Below are positions 11,441-30,132 of a stretch of 64,000 nucleotides of DNA, piece after piece; positions within the stretch are counted from its first letter, which is position 1; every line of letters begins with the position of its first letter. The translations under genes and the position numbers were made by a program. The notes below the pieces were generated by a model. It was not told where the DNA came from and did no database searches. It saw only the letters and a list, made by a program, of their open reading frames with translations. The DNA is taken from NCBI GenBank assembly GCA_002269645.1, contig NIVC01001272.1:248001-312000 (forward strand). The letters are read 5' to 3'. The stretch comes from Macrostomum lignano. Its lineage: Eukaryota.

Positions 11441-12843
11441 ATTACTTATCTATCAAAATAGCAAATTATATAACAATTCTTCTTAAAATAAAGAGATAAA
11501 CAATCTAAATTTGAATGCAAAGGAGAAAAATCTCACTATGGATAGTGATACAGTATAAGGAAAGAAGGGCAGAAGCAGCTCTATAGCTGAAATCCCAAAG
11601 CAAGGGACAGTGTTCTAAACACACTCTCAAGTAACAGGTTTTCTATCAATATTAAAACAGCACTATAATTTTACATAGCAATGCTAACCATATGGGTTTT
11701 CATTTAATGTAGAGAAAATGTGCAGTATGAAACTGGATTTTGATCCTAATCTTATTTTTTCCTAAAAAGTTCTAGGTCCTTTTAATAATTTTAATTTTTC
11801 CCCCCTTTTTATAAAAATGATTCTATCTAACAATCAATATTAAACTAATAATATTGAATAAAAAATGTAATATGACATTAAAGCCATGAACTGAATTTTG
11901 TTGAAACAAGTATGAATTCTAGTAAATATATTTTTAGAATAGTCTCAATTATTTAATAAGATACAAATTGAAAGCAATAGCTTTAATATATTAAAATATT
12001 GAATTTCACTAATGCACTACATGGTTAAGTAGAGAGACAAGGCACAGAATTCAATTATATGTTTGTTTATTAAGCATATAGAACATACATACTGATCATA
12101 AGGGTAAGATGCAAACTAAATAAAGTTTAGTGACTATATCGACTGAATTAAAGTTAAATTAAATAAAGTAAAGAAATTTTTCATTAATAAATATATGTTT
12201 AGGACTAAAATGCCTTGTCCTAGCATTTGTGTTGTCTTTATCTTTTGTCTACAATTTAAACTACTTTATCTTTATCAATCACGCATGCATAACTTCTAGC
12301 TAACATAACCATTTCAAGTATAAATTATAAAGTTAATGACAAGAAAGACAAGATGGATAAAGACAAAAATGGCACAAAGAACCCAAAATAGTAAAGGCAA
12401 AACAAAAAGAAAAATGTAAGAATACAAACAAAGTAAGTTGTTAAAGGGGAAACTAGCTAGCCACAATTTTAGTCAAAACACAAGTCATATCCAGTGTTAT
12501 TTCTTTGGTTATGCTTGTAGGTTATCAATTAAACTTTGTTTTTTATCCTTATAACCAAAAACTTACATGGCTAATTTTTATAAATCAGCACATATTTTAA
12601 TTTTCATGGCCATAAATTACAGCAAAACAAAAAAAATTAAACAAGACTATATATTCTATAGTCACACATTTATATTTATTGTTAATAATAGTACTTATAG
12701 GCATCAATAAGTACCCATTTTAACATACAGTTAGTTGCCAATAATATAGCCACAATCATTAGTATGTTAATAATAAATATCTTAATTCTATAATTCTAAT
12801 TCATGTTATTTTTTGGCACAAAATAAAAAACAAACAAATTTCA

Positions 12844-14360
12844 ATGGCACAGTCTCAACTTCAAAGGAGAGATTCAAGCATTGTTGACTCAGACTCAAAC
12901 TCAGACAGTAACAACAACAGCAGTTATAGCAGTGATGAAGAATGTGGATCACCAGTGGCTAAAAGAGTCTGGCTAGGAGACTCATCGAAGGGGAATTCCA
13001 TCTCCAAGCCTTCATCTGTAGGCTCAGCCTCTTCATCTAGACTTGCCGCTGCTGAGGCCTGGCGTAAAACATTTCAAGAAGGCGTCATTGATAGTCAACT
13101 CAGTAGAGCTGTGGGCTTTGTCAGCGGTGGACAGCCCAATGTGGACAGGTGAGATCGCCAGTTTTTTAAAGTCTAAATTAAACCTAAAACCTAAATTGAG
13201 CCAATTGGCATCTCAGCAACTCCCCCATTGAGCCAATTGGCATCTCAGCAACTCCCCATTGAGCCAATTGGCATCTCAGCAACTCCCCATTGAGCCAATT
13301 GGCATCTCAGCAACTCCCCATTGAGCCAATTGGCATCTCAGCAACTCCCCATTGAGCCAATTGGCATCTCAGCAACTCCTCTGGAGTTGACTCCAGATAA
13401 TAAAGAGAAAGGTGGAGTGCGCGACTAAAGAGAGAGAGACAAAAAATGGAGAGCCAATCAGAAGGCAGCAAGGGAGAGATAAGAATAACAAGAAGAGGCG
13501 AGAATGGAGAGCCAATCCGAAGGCAGCAAGGGAGAGAGAGAGATAAGAATAACAAGAAGAAGCGAGAATGGAGAGCCAATCAGAAGGCAGCAAGGGAGAG
13601 AGAGATAAGAATAACAAGAAGAGGCGAGAATGGAGAGCCAATCAGAAGGCAGCAAGGGAGAGAGAGAGATAAGAATAACAAGAGGCGAGAATGGAGAGCC
13701 AATCAGAAGGCAGCAAGGGAGAGAGATAAGAATAGCAAGAAAAGGCGAGAATGGAGAGCCAATCAGAAGGCAGCAAGGGAGAGAGATAAGAATAGAAAGA
13801 TTGAGCTAGACAGAGAGAGAGAGAGAGTAAATAGAGACAAGTGAAGGTGAACTAAAGAAATGACTAGGAAAGTTGCGACAATTTTAGTTTAAATAATTGC
13901 ATTTATTGTAACCCCTCCACCCCCCATTTTTCACTCCCAACCCAGAGACACGGAAGCCTACAATTACAAGCTGGCTCCCCGGCTGCCCGACAAAGAATCT
14001 CGACAGGCCAAACGGAAAGCCGATCTGGATGCAATTTCTGCTGCTGTGGCTGCTGCCGGGCAAGTTGATGACGAGTTTTCAGCCGTAGCTGAGCAGCATC
14101 TCGAATTGGAGCAGTTCGGCTTGCCTAGCGCCGATGCTCAGGGATCTGACTCGCAGTCGGACTTGCGACTCAAATTGCGGGCTAAGAATAGGAAGCGAAA
14201 TGCGCAGAAACGCCTGAGCAAGGAGAGGAAGAGACAGCGGGCAGAGCAGCGGGCTGCCGGCGGCAACTTGGGAGACATGGAGGTTGACGGAAAACAGAAG
14301 GCGAAGCGGGGACAGCGCGATAGGAATAAGGTGAGAGGCTGAGATTTCTTTCTGTTTGTT

Positions 14361-14397
<37 letters not shown>

Positions 14398-14399
14398 TG

Positions 14400-14438
<39 letters not shown>

Positions 14439-14442
14439 TCTC

Positions 14443-14511
<69 letters not shown>

Positions 14512-14512
14512 G

Positions 14513-14557
<45 letters not shown>

Positions 14558-14560
14558 GTA

Positions 14561-14645
<85 letters not shown>

Positions 14646-14648
14646 GTG

Positions 14649-14697
<49 letters not shown>

Positions 14698-14716
14698 TAG
14701 TGTCTGTCTGTCTTGG

Positions 14717-14763
<47 letters not shown>

Positions 14764-14764
14764 G

Positions 14765-14809
<45 letters not shown>

Positions 14810-14812
14810 GTG

Positions 14813-14893
<81 letters not shown>

Positions 14894-14896
14894 GTG

Positions 14897-14929
<33 letters not shown>

Positions 14930-14932
14930 GTG

Positions 14933-14969
<37 letters not shown>

Positions 14970-14972
14970 GTG

Positions 14973-15017
<45 letters not shown>

Positions 15018-15048
15018 GTGTGTCTGTCTGTCTGTCTGTCTCTCTGTG

Positions 15049-15081
<33 letters not shown>

Positions 15082-15084
15082 GTG

Positions 15085-15125
<41 letters not shown>

Positions 15126-15168
15126 GTCTCTCTGTGTGTCTGTCTGTCTGTCTGTCTGTCTCTCTGTG

Positions 15169-15213
<45 letters not shown>

Positions 15214-15244
15214 GTGTGTCTGTCTGTCTGTCTGTCTCTCTGTG

Positions 15245-15277
<33 letters not shown>

Positions 15278-15308
15278 GTGTGTCTGTCTGTCTGTCTGTC
15301 TCTCTGTG

Positions 15309-15349
<41 letters not shown>

Positions 15350-15392
15350 GTCTCTCTGTGTGTCTGTCTGTCTGTCTGTCTGTCTCTCTGTG

Positions 15393-15433
<41 letters not shown>

Positions 15434-16011
15434 GTGTGTCTGTCTGTCTGTCTGTCTGTCTCTTTCCCTATATATGTATACTATTGTAATAGTTTTATAA
15501 TAATTCGATATCCAATATATTTTACCCCGCATTTGCTCTCCTCCCCACCCTCCAGCTGGACCCCTCAGTCCCGCCAGAGAAGCTGGCCCGCCGCCTGGCT
15601 CACCTGCTGCACGAGCCGAAGCGCCACATCCTTGATAGAGTGGTTGCCCATCTCGGCCCAGCCAAAGCCATCGAGCTGTACCGGCGCACTCAGGACATTG
15701 AGTCTGCCGGCGGCTTGCCCGTTGCTAATGGCAACCGCAGACGCACTCCAGGCGGAGTCTATATGCAGCTAATCAAATCCGAAGACTCAGTGACTCCCGA
15801 TATGTTGCGACAGATATTTGATGGCGAGCAGAGTTCCGCTAAGGATAGAAGGAAACGACTGAGAGCCAATAGGCGCAAGAAGCAGTCAGCTGATCGGGGC
15901 GGCGTTGCCAGCGCGGATGCTCAGCAGGCTGACGAGACTGCGGAGTTGGAGAAGAAGCGGGCGGAACTTCTGGCTCAGTTGGACAGCTTGGAAGATGCCG
16001 AAATTGAATAA
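12844..16011 (+). CDS. PHAX: Phosphorylated adapter RNA export protein (PHAX); join(12844..13148,13946..14330,15556..16011), 381 aa
   Basis: GT-AG introns keep the frame (phases 2, 0). It has a Ser/acidic N-terminus, W..(T)FQE...DRDTEAYNY across intron 1, and the RNA-binding domain [15 protein letters not shown]...ELY..T..IE..GG....[16 protein letters not shown]. Confidence 0.9.
13192..13380. repeat. 31-32-bp minisatellite (ATTGAGCCAATTGGCATCTCAGCAACTCCCC), ~6 copies, PHAX intron 1
   Basis: Direct tandem copies are visible. Confidence 0.9.
13440..13830. repeat. ~60-bp purine-rich minisatellite (AATGGAGAGCCAATCAGAAGGCAGCAAGGGAGAG...), ~6 copies, PHAX intron 1
   Basis: Tandem copies with a variable (GA)n segment. 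Confidence 0.85.
14350..15465. repeat. (TCTG)n microsatellite with TCTC/TGTG variants, PHAX intron 2
   Basis: A 1.1-kb tetranucleotide run; it is the source of the long spurious VCLS/RQTD ORFs. Confidence 0.95.
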
Positions 16012-16589
16012 CATTAGTGCATTTATCCTTTCTTTCATGGTTCACGTTTTGCTGAGATTGCTTTCTGTCTCTCTGTCTGTTTGTCTGTCTGCCTGTCTGT
16101 CTGTCTGTCTGTCTTCATGTTTCGCTTCATACTACTTAATTGCTCTGTACGATTGTAAGTAGTATCTAAAATCAATTTGGAAATTGCAAATCTATTAATA
16201 ACCTACAAATCATATAGATATATAATTTTTGTTACTTAATTACCTATGATCATAACTGGCTACTATGTCACTGTCTACTTGAAGTAGTTAACTTAGCTTT
16301 CTTGATGCATTTTATATTCAGACAATTGTTAACAATCTGCTTGGTTTCATGTAATAGTGTGTAATATGTGTGTAATTAAATAAAAGTGCATCTCCTCAGT
16401 TGTTTTAAGAATCAGTCAGTTTGTAGGAAAATTAATTTTTGTTTGATTTACTTCCTTTTTCTTCTAGTAAGCCGATATTTTTATCTCATTCTATCAACTT
16501 TTTATGATGTTATTTCTATTTCATAAAGTAATCCCTGGAATTATCGTTCTTTCAAGTTCATAATTCAATCAATCTAATTATCTTATTCT

Positions 16590-17500
16590 TCCCTATTCAT
16601 AATTTATAATCCACCTAATTATAATATTCTTCCCAATTCATAATCCACCTAATTATCATATTCTCCCCAATTCATAATCCACCTAATTATCATATTCTCC
16701 CCGATTCATAATCCATCTAATTATCATACTCTTCCCAATTCATAATCCACCTAATTATCATATTCTCCCCGATTCATAATCCACCTAATTATCATATTCT
16801 CCCCGATTCATAATCCATCTAATTATCATACTCTTCCCAATTCATAATCCACCTAATTATCATATTCTCCCCGATTCATAATCCACCTAATTATCATATT
16901 CTCCCCGATTCATAATCCATCTAATTATCATACTCTTCCCAATTCATAATCCACCTAATTATCATATTCTCCCCAATTCATAATCCACCTAATTATCATA
17001 TTCTCCCCAATTCATAATCCACCTAATTATCATATTCTCCCCAATTCATAATCCACCTAATTATCATATTCTCCCCGATTCATAATCCATCTAATTATCA
17101 TACTCTTCCCAATTCATAATCCACCTAATTATCATATTCTCCCCGATTCATAATCCATCTAATTATCATACTCTTCTCAATTCATAATCCATCTAATTAT
17201 CATACTCATCCCAATTCATCTTTCAATTTATCTAATTATCATATTCTTCTCAATTCATAATCCATCTAATTATCATACTCTTCTCAATTCATAATCCATC
17301 TAATTATCATATTCTTCCCAATTCATAATCCATCTAATTATCATACTCATCCCAATTCATCTTTCAATTTATCTAATTATCATATTCTTCCCAATTTATA
17401 GTTTTATCCATCCAGTTATCATATTCCTCACAAATCATAATTCATAATCTAATTATCATTTTCTTCGTAATTAATAATTTAATCTATATAATTATCATAT
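16590..17500. repeat. 34-bp AT-rich minisatellite (TTCATAATCCACCTAATTATCATATTCTCCCCAA) between PHAX and PWP2
   Basis: Period 34 (e.g. 16637, 16671), decaying at both ends. Confidence 0.9.
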
Positions 17501-17739
17501 TCTTCCCAGATTATTATTCCCAAAGTTAACAATCCAATAATCCCAAGAATAACAATAATAAAAATAATAATCCCAATAAAAATCTTCCCAATAGTTTAAT
17601 CCCCTAATTATCATATTATTCCTAATTCATATTTTACCCCTAAAATCACCTTACTTTTTTCTTAGATTATCATAAAATTAGCCTCATTAATTAACAAAGA
17701 CCAATGAAAAAATGATTTTCACTTCATGCCTGACCGTGT

Positions 17740-20700
17740 ATGGACTTCCGCTTCTCCAACCTACTGGGCACAGTCTACCGCAGAGGCAATGTCTGCTTCA
17801 CAGAAGACGGATTTCAACTTATCAGTCCTGTGGGAAACCGCGTGACAGTATTCGATCTGAGGCATGACCGGTCTCACACACTGCAGCTGGAGGCCTCATA
17901 CGATATCGAGCACATTGCTCTGTCCCCAGACAATGCTCTGTTATTAGCTGTCGATTGCAAAGGCGAAGCTCACCTAGTTGCCATGGCAACCGGAGCAGCT
18001 ATTGCTCGTCAGAAATTGCCATCAAGAGTCAGCGCGTTGGCTTACTCACCAGATGGTGACTATTTTGCTATGGCTCGAGACAACCGGGTGCACGTGTACC
18101 ATGGACCTGGGCTGGAGCGGTACTTCAATCAGTTCAAGTTGTATCGCAGTTACTATGGCAACCGAGATGAGGTCACGAGCATAGCGTGGAGCTCCGATTC
18201 TAAAGCGTTTGTGTGCGCTTGCAGGGACCTGCAGGTTCGTTGGAGTTGGATCTGTCATTAGATACCCTCAGGGTGTCCCATTAGATACCCATAGTGTCTG
18301 CCTTTAGATACCCTCAGAGTATCCCATTAGATACATTTAGTGTCTCCCATTAGATACCCTCAGTGTTGTCCATTAGATACATTCAGTGTCTCTTAATAGA
18401 TACCCTCCGTGTCTCCCATTAGATACCCTCAGTGTCTCCCATTAGATACCTTCAGTGTCTCCCATTAGATACCCTCAGGATTTCCCATTAGATATCTTTA
18501 GAATGTCCTATTGGATACCCTCAGTGTCTGCCATAATTTAGATTTCCTCATAATGTAAGAATCTCACCTTAGATTTCCATCAGACTGTGAGAATCTCACC
18601 TTAGATTCCCATCAGGCTGTGAGAATCTCGCCTTAGATTCCCCTTCAGACTGTAAGAATCTCACCTTAGCTTCCCATCAGACTGTAAGAATCTCATCTAG
18701 ATTCCCATCAGACTGTAAGAATCTCACCTTAGATTCCCATCAGACTGTAAGAATCTCATCTAGATTCCCATCAGACTGTAAGAATCTCACCTTAGATTCC
18801 CATTAGACTCTAAAAATCTCACCTTAGATTCCCATCAGACTCCCAGAAGAATCTCACCTTAGATTCCCATTAGACTTTAAAAATCTCACCTTAGATTCCT
18901 CTAAGACCCTCTTCATGAGCAGAGGTCCCCAAACGCCATGCATTTCAGGTTCGGGTGTTCTCTCTGCACAAGACCGCCCGCCTGCCAGGCTGCTACAGTC
19001 TCGGCGGTTTCACTGAGGACATTGTCGGCGTGGCATTCCTGCCAGATTCGTTGAACCTGTTTGCCGTGTCAAGCGCCGGTTTCGTGATGCTGTGGCAGTG
19101 CGACACGGAGCTGTCTGACTTGTTGATTAAACAGCAGCAGCAGCCTCAGCTCACTGACGGCACTGGTGATGACAACGATGACTCACCATCTGACAGTGAA
19201 GATTGCGATTTGAAAGAAACAAAAAACGAAGAGAATAAACCGGGATTAGAGAAGATTTTTATTAATAAGCTGCGATATTTGAAGCCGAAAAAGATGCGGC
19301 TAAGAGAGGATGCTGAGGATAGCAAACGGGTTAGCGCTGTTATTGGTTGTTTGGCTTTTTGTCCCGGCTCCAAGCAGTTGGTGTGCGGCACCGAGGATGG
19401 CCGGGTGATGCTCTATGCTGTTGACAACTGCGCTCTGCTACTGTCGCTACAGGTGAGATTTTTATATGGGACGGATTTAAAAAAGATGGAAGGGAAAGAT
19501 ATCGGAAAGAAAGCGGCGAGTTTAAAAGGATTGATAGAGAAGCGGAGAGATCAAAAGAATTTATGGATAGGCGGTGAGATCAAAGGGACATATAGAGAAG
19601 CGGTGAGATCAAAGAGACAGAAAGAGAAGCGGTGAGATCAAAGGGACAGATAGAGAAGCGGCGAGATCAAAAGGATAGGTAGAGAATCGGCGAGATCAAA
19701 TGGAGAAGATATGAGAAGCGGCGAGATTAATGGGACAGATAGACGCGGCAAGATCAAAGGATTAGGGCGGCAAGATCAAAGGATTAGGGCGTCTTTACTA
19801 TCAGGGCATCCCTACCGACGCCTCCTTTTAAACAGGTATGCGACTCCCAGGTGGACTCGGTGTCAATCTCGCCAGACGGTCTGTGGATCGCAGCCGCAGG
19901 CGCCGCCCACGGTCAGCTGCTGGTGTGGGACTGGCGCGCCTCAGCCTACGTGATGCGGCAGGCTGGCAGTTTCAACTGCCTCCGCTGTGCCGCCTTCTCG
20001 CCGGATGGCGGCCAGCTGGTGTGCGGCTACAGCGACGGCCGAGTCCGGTTGTGGAGCTCCCAGTCTAGCCTGTCATTCGCCACCCTGACTGAGCACACCA
20101 GCTGCATCACCGGGGTGAGGTTCTGCGGCAAACGAGTTGTGATTGCCAGTTCAGCTGATGGCTCGATTCGAGCCTGGGACCTCGGTCGGTATAGGAATTT
20201 TCGTACGCTGGTATCGCCTACTCCGCTACAGTTGAGCTGCTTGGATGCGGATCCCTCTGGGATCTGATTGCTGCTGGCTGTCTAGATGAGTTCCATCTGT
20301 TGATTTGGTCGCTGAAGACTGGGAGGCTGCTGGTGACCCTCACTGGCCATACAGCGCCTGTGTCTTGCGTAGCCTTCAGGTGAGTTGAAGTTTCTTAATC
20401 TGCTGTTATAGAGTCAGACCTATTAAAATACCCTGTAGAATTGCCCTATTTAATTACCCTGTAGAATTGCCCTATTTAATTACCCTGTAGAATTGCCCTA
20501 TTTAATTACCCTGTAGAATTGCCCTATTTAATTACCCTGTAGAATTGCCCCTATTTAATTACCCTGTAGAATTGCCCTATTTAATTACCCTGTAGAATTG
20601 CCCCTATTTAATTACCCTGTAGAATTGCCCCTATTTAATTACCCTGTAGAATTGCCCCTATTTAATTACCTGTCGTCGTCCCTATTTACCTGTAGAATCG

Positions 20701-22116
20701 CCCTAATTACCTGTAGAATCTCCTTATTTACCTGTAGAATCTCCCTATTTACCTGTAGAATCTCCCTATTTACCTGTAGAATCGCCCTATCACCCTAATA
20801 GAATCACCTGTAGCCCCACCCACCCTCCTGTCACCAACCAGGCCGGGTCCCGGCTCCACAATCCTGGCCAGCGGTTCCTGGGACAGCACAGTCCGTCTCT
20901 GGGACGTTCTCGGCTCTGACCAGCAGCCCGAGGTCATCCAGTGCGGTCACGACGTTCTCTCACTTGCCTGGCGACCGGACGGTCAGCAACTATCCGTTGC
21001 CATTAACAACGGCACCATCCTGGTGATGGACGCGGTGCCATCTGGCAGCGGCACCGACGCCCCGAGTTCCAATCCACTCGCACCATCGACTGTCGTCAAG
21101 ACCTCGGCTACGACAAACCCGACGGTGCCCTGATCAGCGGCCGACGGCTGGCCGAAGCTGGCGGCGGTTTTAACTCGCTGTCGTACAGTCCGACAGGTCA
21201 ACTACTGCTAGCTGGTGGCCTCTCCAAGCACATCTGTCTGTACTCGCCTAGCGATCAGCTGTTGTTGCGCAAATTCCCTGTCACAGCAAATCGCAGTCTG
21301 AAAGCTGTAGCGTTGGAGAAGCGAGCAGCTAAACTGGTTCGAGATCTGGGTGTCCGGGCTGGGTCCAATGCCGGCGGTACTGAGGTCAACTTTGAGGATG
21401 ACGCTGTCGACTCGTCGGATGCCAGAGTGTCGGTGACTGGAGTGTCGTTTAGTCCAGCTGGGGACATGTTCCTGGCAGCCTGTACTGAAGGTGTACTGCT
21501 GTACTGCTCACCTGGATCGCGTCACCTGCTGCCGTCGGAGTCTCTGGTAGCCAGCTGCCGACGACTGACTCTTCGCGATACGCCGCAAACTGTCGTGGAG
21601 TCGATTCAAGCTGGTCGATTTGGCGACGCATTGGACGTCGCTTTGCGTATCAACCAGCCGGGTTTGGTCAGGCAGTGCCTTGAGGCTACGCCTACTAGCG
21701 GGGAGAATCGCAATCTGGTTGACCTTCTTTGTTCCCAGCTGCCGTTGGACACCTGTAGAGACGTGCTGGCACCTCACGTAGCCGATTGGCTGGCGGATAG
21801 CAACCGGTTGGAGCACTGCATGGCCTGGGCCAGAGCGGTTGCTAGGGTGTGCTGTTTGGGCCAGTCTAACACGGCCAGACAGCGCAGGGATCCGTGTCCC
21901 GGTCTGACTCGGCTACAGCGGGCAGTTGGCGATAGGCGCAGTCAGTTGGAACGAATCTGCTCGGGAAATATGCACACGCTGGACTATCTGTGCCATCTGG
22001 CTGGCGGGCTTGGCGATACCAAGAGTAGTAAAGCTGGCGATGCTCTGCAGGGCACTGATGATGGAGAACTGCCAGCTCAATCTGCTGACTTGGAGCCAAT
22101 GGAGACCATGGAGTGA
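17740..22116 (+). CDS. PWP2: Periodic tryptophan protein 2 (PWP2/UTP1), WD40 SSU-processome factor; join(17740..18234,18949..19452,19836..20379,20842..22116) with two -1 frameshifts (~20260, ~21080); ~939 aa if repaired
   Basis: N-terminus MDFRFSNLLGTVYRRGNVCFTEDG..LISPVGNRVTVFDL, then GQLLVWDW, FSPDGGQLVCGYSDGRVRLW, SADGSIRAWDLGRYRNFRTLVSP, LASGSWDSTVRLWD and LAGGLSKHICLY. All introns are GT-AG and phase-compatible. Confidence 0.92.
18255..18900. repeat. Two adjacent degenerate minisatellites (~23-bp CATTAGATACCCTCAGTGTCTCC; ~32-bp GAATCTCACCTTAGATTCCCATCAGACTGTAA), PWP2 intron 1
   Basis: Tandem copies are visible. Confidence 0.8.
19500..19790. repeat. ~29-bp degenerate repeat (AGAAGCGGCGAGATCAAAGGGACAGATAG), PWP2 intron 2
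   Basis: GAAGCGG-GAGATCAAA recurs about 8 times. Confidence 0.7.
20425..20800. repeat. 26-27-bp minisatellite (CCCTGTAGAATTGCCCTATTTAATTA), PWP2 intron 3
   Basis: Tandem copies; the core resembles the large 23-bp array. Confidence 0.88.
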
Positions 22117-22147
22117 TAGGGCACCATTTAACCTAAGTTTTTTTCAG

Positions 22148-22310
22148 CCGATATGTATCGAAAATATCAAAATAAAGCATAAATAACTAAAGAGGCCGAT
22201 ATGTATCGAACATTTTAAAATAAAGCAGTAAATAACTAAAAAAAGGCCGATATATATAGAAAATATCAAAGAGAAGCTTTAAATAATAAAAAACGCCGAT
22301 ATGTATCGAA
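22148..22310. repeat. ~49-bp degenerate tandem repeat, 4 copies, each with CCGATATGTATCGAA
   Basis: The motif occurs at 22148, 22196, 22247 (variant) and 22296. Confidence 0.7.
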
Positions 22311-22910
22311 AGTTTCAAAATAACTAAAGTAGACCGGTAAGTATCGATAGCTTAAAAAAGATGGTCTTTTTCGTGCTAAAATTGCTTTCTTCAAACTTTT
22401 ATCATCTGTTCCTTTGTTACTAATGCATTTTGTTTCATTTGTTGTTGCGCAAACTATCTGTTGTGGTTCATTGGTTCTCAGCATCAAATTATGAATTATG
22501 AGTCTGAGTTCCTGCCTTCAACGCAGCGGCACGAAAGTACAGTGAAAAAAATGGCGATTTTATTAAACAATAGCAAATGCATTTTTATTGGATCGATTTG
22601 GAATCGGTGCGCTTTTTTGTCTTTTTTCTTTTGAATGTTTCGGTTGCAGTGTTCGCCTCACCTACTTAAAGTAGGCTTCAATTTATAGTTTCTTTTCGAT
22701 TATAGATTTAAATCCTTAGTACTCATAAAAAGTTAACTCTAATGCGATAATTGTTTAGTGTATCATGTTTTCATAATTTATACAGTCAACAATCTAAAAG
22801 TTTAGAAGTTTAAAGTTAAACACGGTTTTACCGATATGTATCGAAAGTACTCTTTACAATCCCAGTCTGGTATGAATTAAAAAAATTGAATTTTCGCCAA
22901 TTCATGCGCA

Positions 22911-23321
22911 ATGGCCTCCGGTGTAGCCGTCGATCCCAGCGTGAAGGATGATTTTAACGACATCAAACTGGGCCACAAGTACGCCTACATGGTGTTCAAG
23001 ATTGATTCAGAATCCATGATTAAAACTGAGCGCACCTGCGTCAGCTGCACCTACGACGAATTCACCTCCAGCCTGCCGGCCAACGAGTGTCGCTACGCTG
23101 TCTTCGACTACAAATACTGCCTTGACGACGGGTCGAAACGGGAGAAGCTTCTCTTCATTCACTGGGCGCCCGACAGCGCCAAGATTCGAGACAAGATGCT
23201 GTACGCCTCATCCAAGGACGCTCTGAAACGCGACCTGAAAGGCGTTGTTGAAATCCAGGCCAGCGACCTGTCAGAGGTGGACGAAGTCACCATCAAGGAG
23301 AAGGTGAAAGCTTCCGGTTGA
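22911..23321 (+). CDS. CFL: Actin-depolymerizing factor / cofilin, 136 aa, intronless
   Basis: MASGVAV (Ser3), FKI, CRYAVFD, LLFIHWAPDSA, KMLYASSKDALKRDL and EIQASD: a canonical ADF-H domain. Confidence 0.96.
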   Translation: MASGVAVDPSVKDDFNDIKLGHKYAYMVFKIDSESMIKTERTCVSCTYDEFTSSLPANECRYAVFDYKYCLDDGSKREKLLFIHWAPDSAKIRDKMLYASSKDALKRDLKGVVEIQASDLSEVDEVTIKEKVKASG

Positions 23322-24186
23322 AGTCGGACTTAATTTTATGTTTCACAATTTAATTAGCGGAAAAATTGACCGAGAAGTAAACGTATCTCAAGCTTCAAAT
23401 CTCACTAAACTACTCACCAGTAATATGATTGCGCGTTTATTATTATAATTTTATTTATTTATTCAATGCTTGCCGTTTTCTTTGGTGCAATAATTGTTGG
23501 ATTATTTAATGACTAGCCGAGTTGCTGTGCTCTGTCCCCAAATACCAATTCATTTTTATTCTAGCTAAATTTTTAAAAGAACATTATCACAAAATTATTT
23601 TGTCAATTTTTTCTACGAGAGTGTGTCAGTAGTATCTGCTGAGCGATGTCGCCGAAATTCAAAAAAGGAATAACTATATTTAATTTTTTATTTAAATTAC
23701 TTTATATACTTTATAAACAGTTAATTATATTACTATTATTATTATATTTATAAAAGTACACCTAATTATATTTATTGCTTTCTAATGATGAACTTTTTTG
23801 TTTGTATTTTTTTGTTTTTTTTTTACCCTCGACAATGCAATAATATGTTGGTATTAGTATGTATGGCAGTTTATTTATTTATTAAACAGTTTAAACCACG
23901 CTTATAGTTTTTTATATTTATAACTTTACCTAGTGAGTTGCAATCATTTCTATATTTAAGCTATAATTAGTAACTCTTATCTACCTGTAGTTTTGCATGA
24001 AATTTCAGCTTCTATGAATGGTCAGTTTTTGAAATATATTAACACTATTTACTATAATTATTATTATTGCATACGCGACTAAAAGTTTATTAGGTCAATT
24101 TCTAAGAATTTTTTTGCGTTTGATGTCGTTACGTTTTGATTTCTTTTTTAGTACTTTGACAGCTGTGTCATGAACTTGGCCCAAAA

Positions 24187-30043
<5,857 letters not shown>

Positions 30044-30132
30044 TCCTTGTGCTCTTTTACCTTGGGGTTGCGATAGGGGCCTCGCGGCCTATTCGCGGCG
30101 CCTGCGCCCCCCGTCAGTAGTAGTAGTAGTAG

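Noticed and set aside
14138-15772. Long ORFs of RQTD / VCLS repeats (up to 464 aa)
   Set aside because: These are translations of the (TCTG)n microsatellite inside PHAX intron 2.
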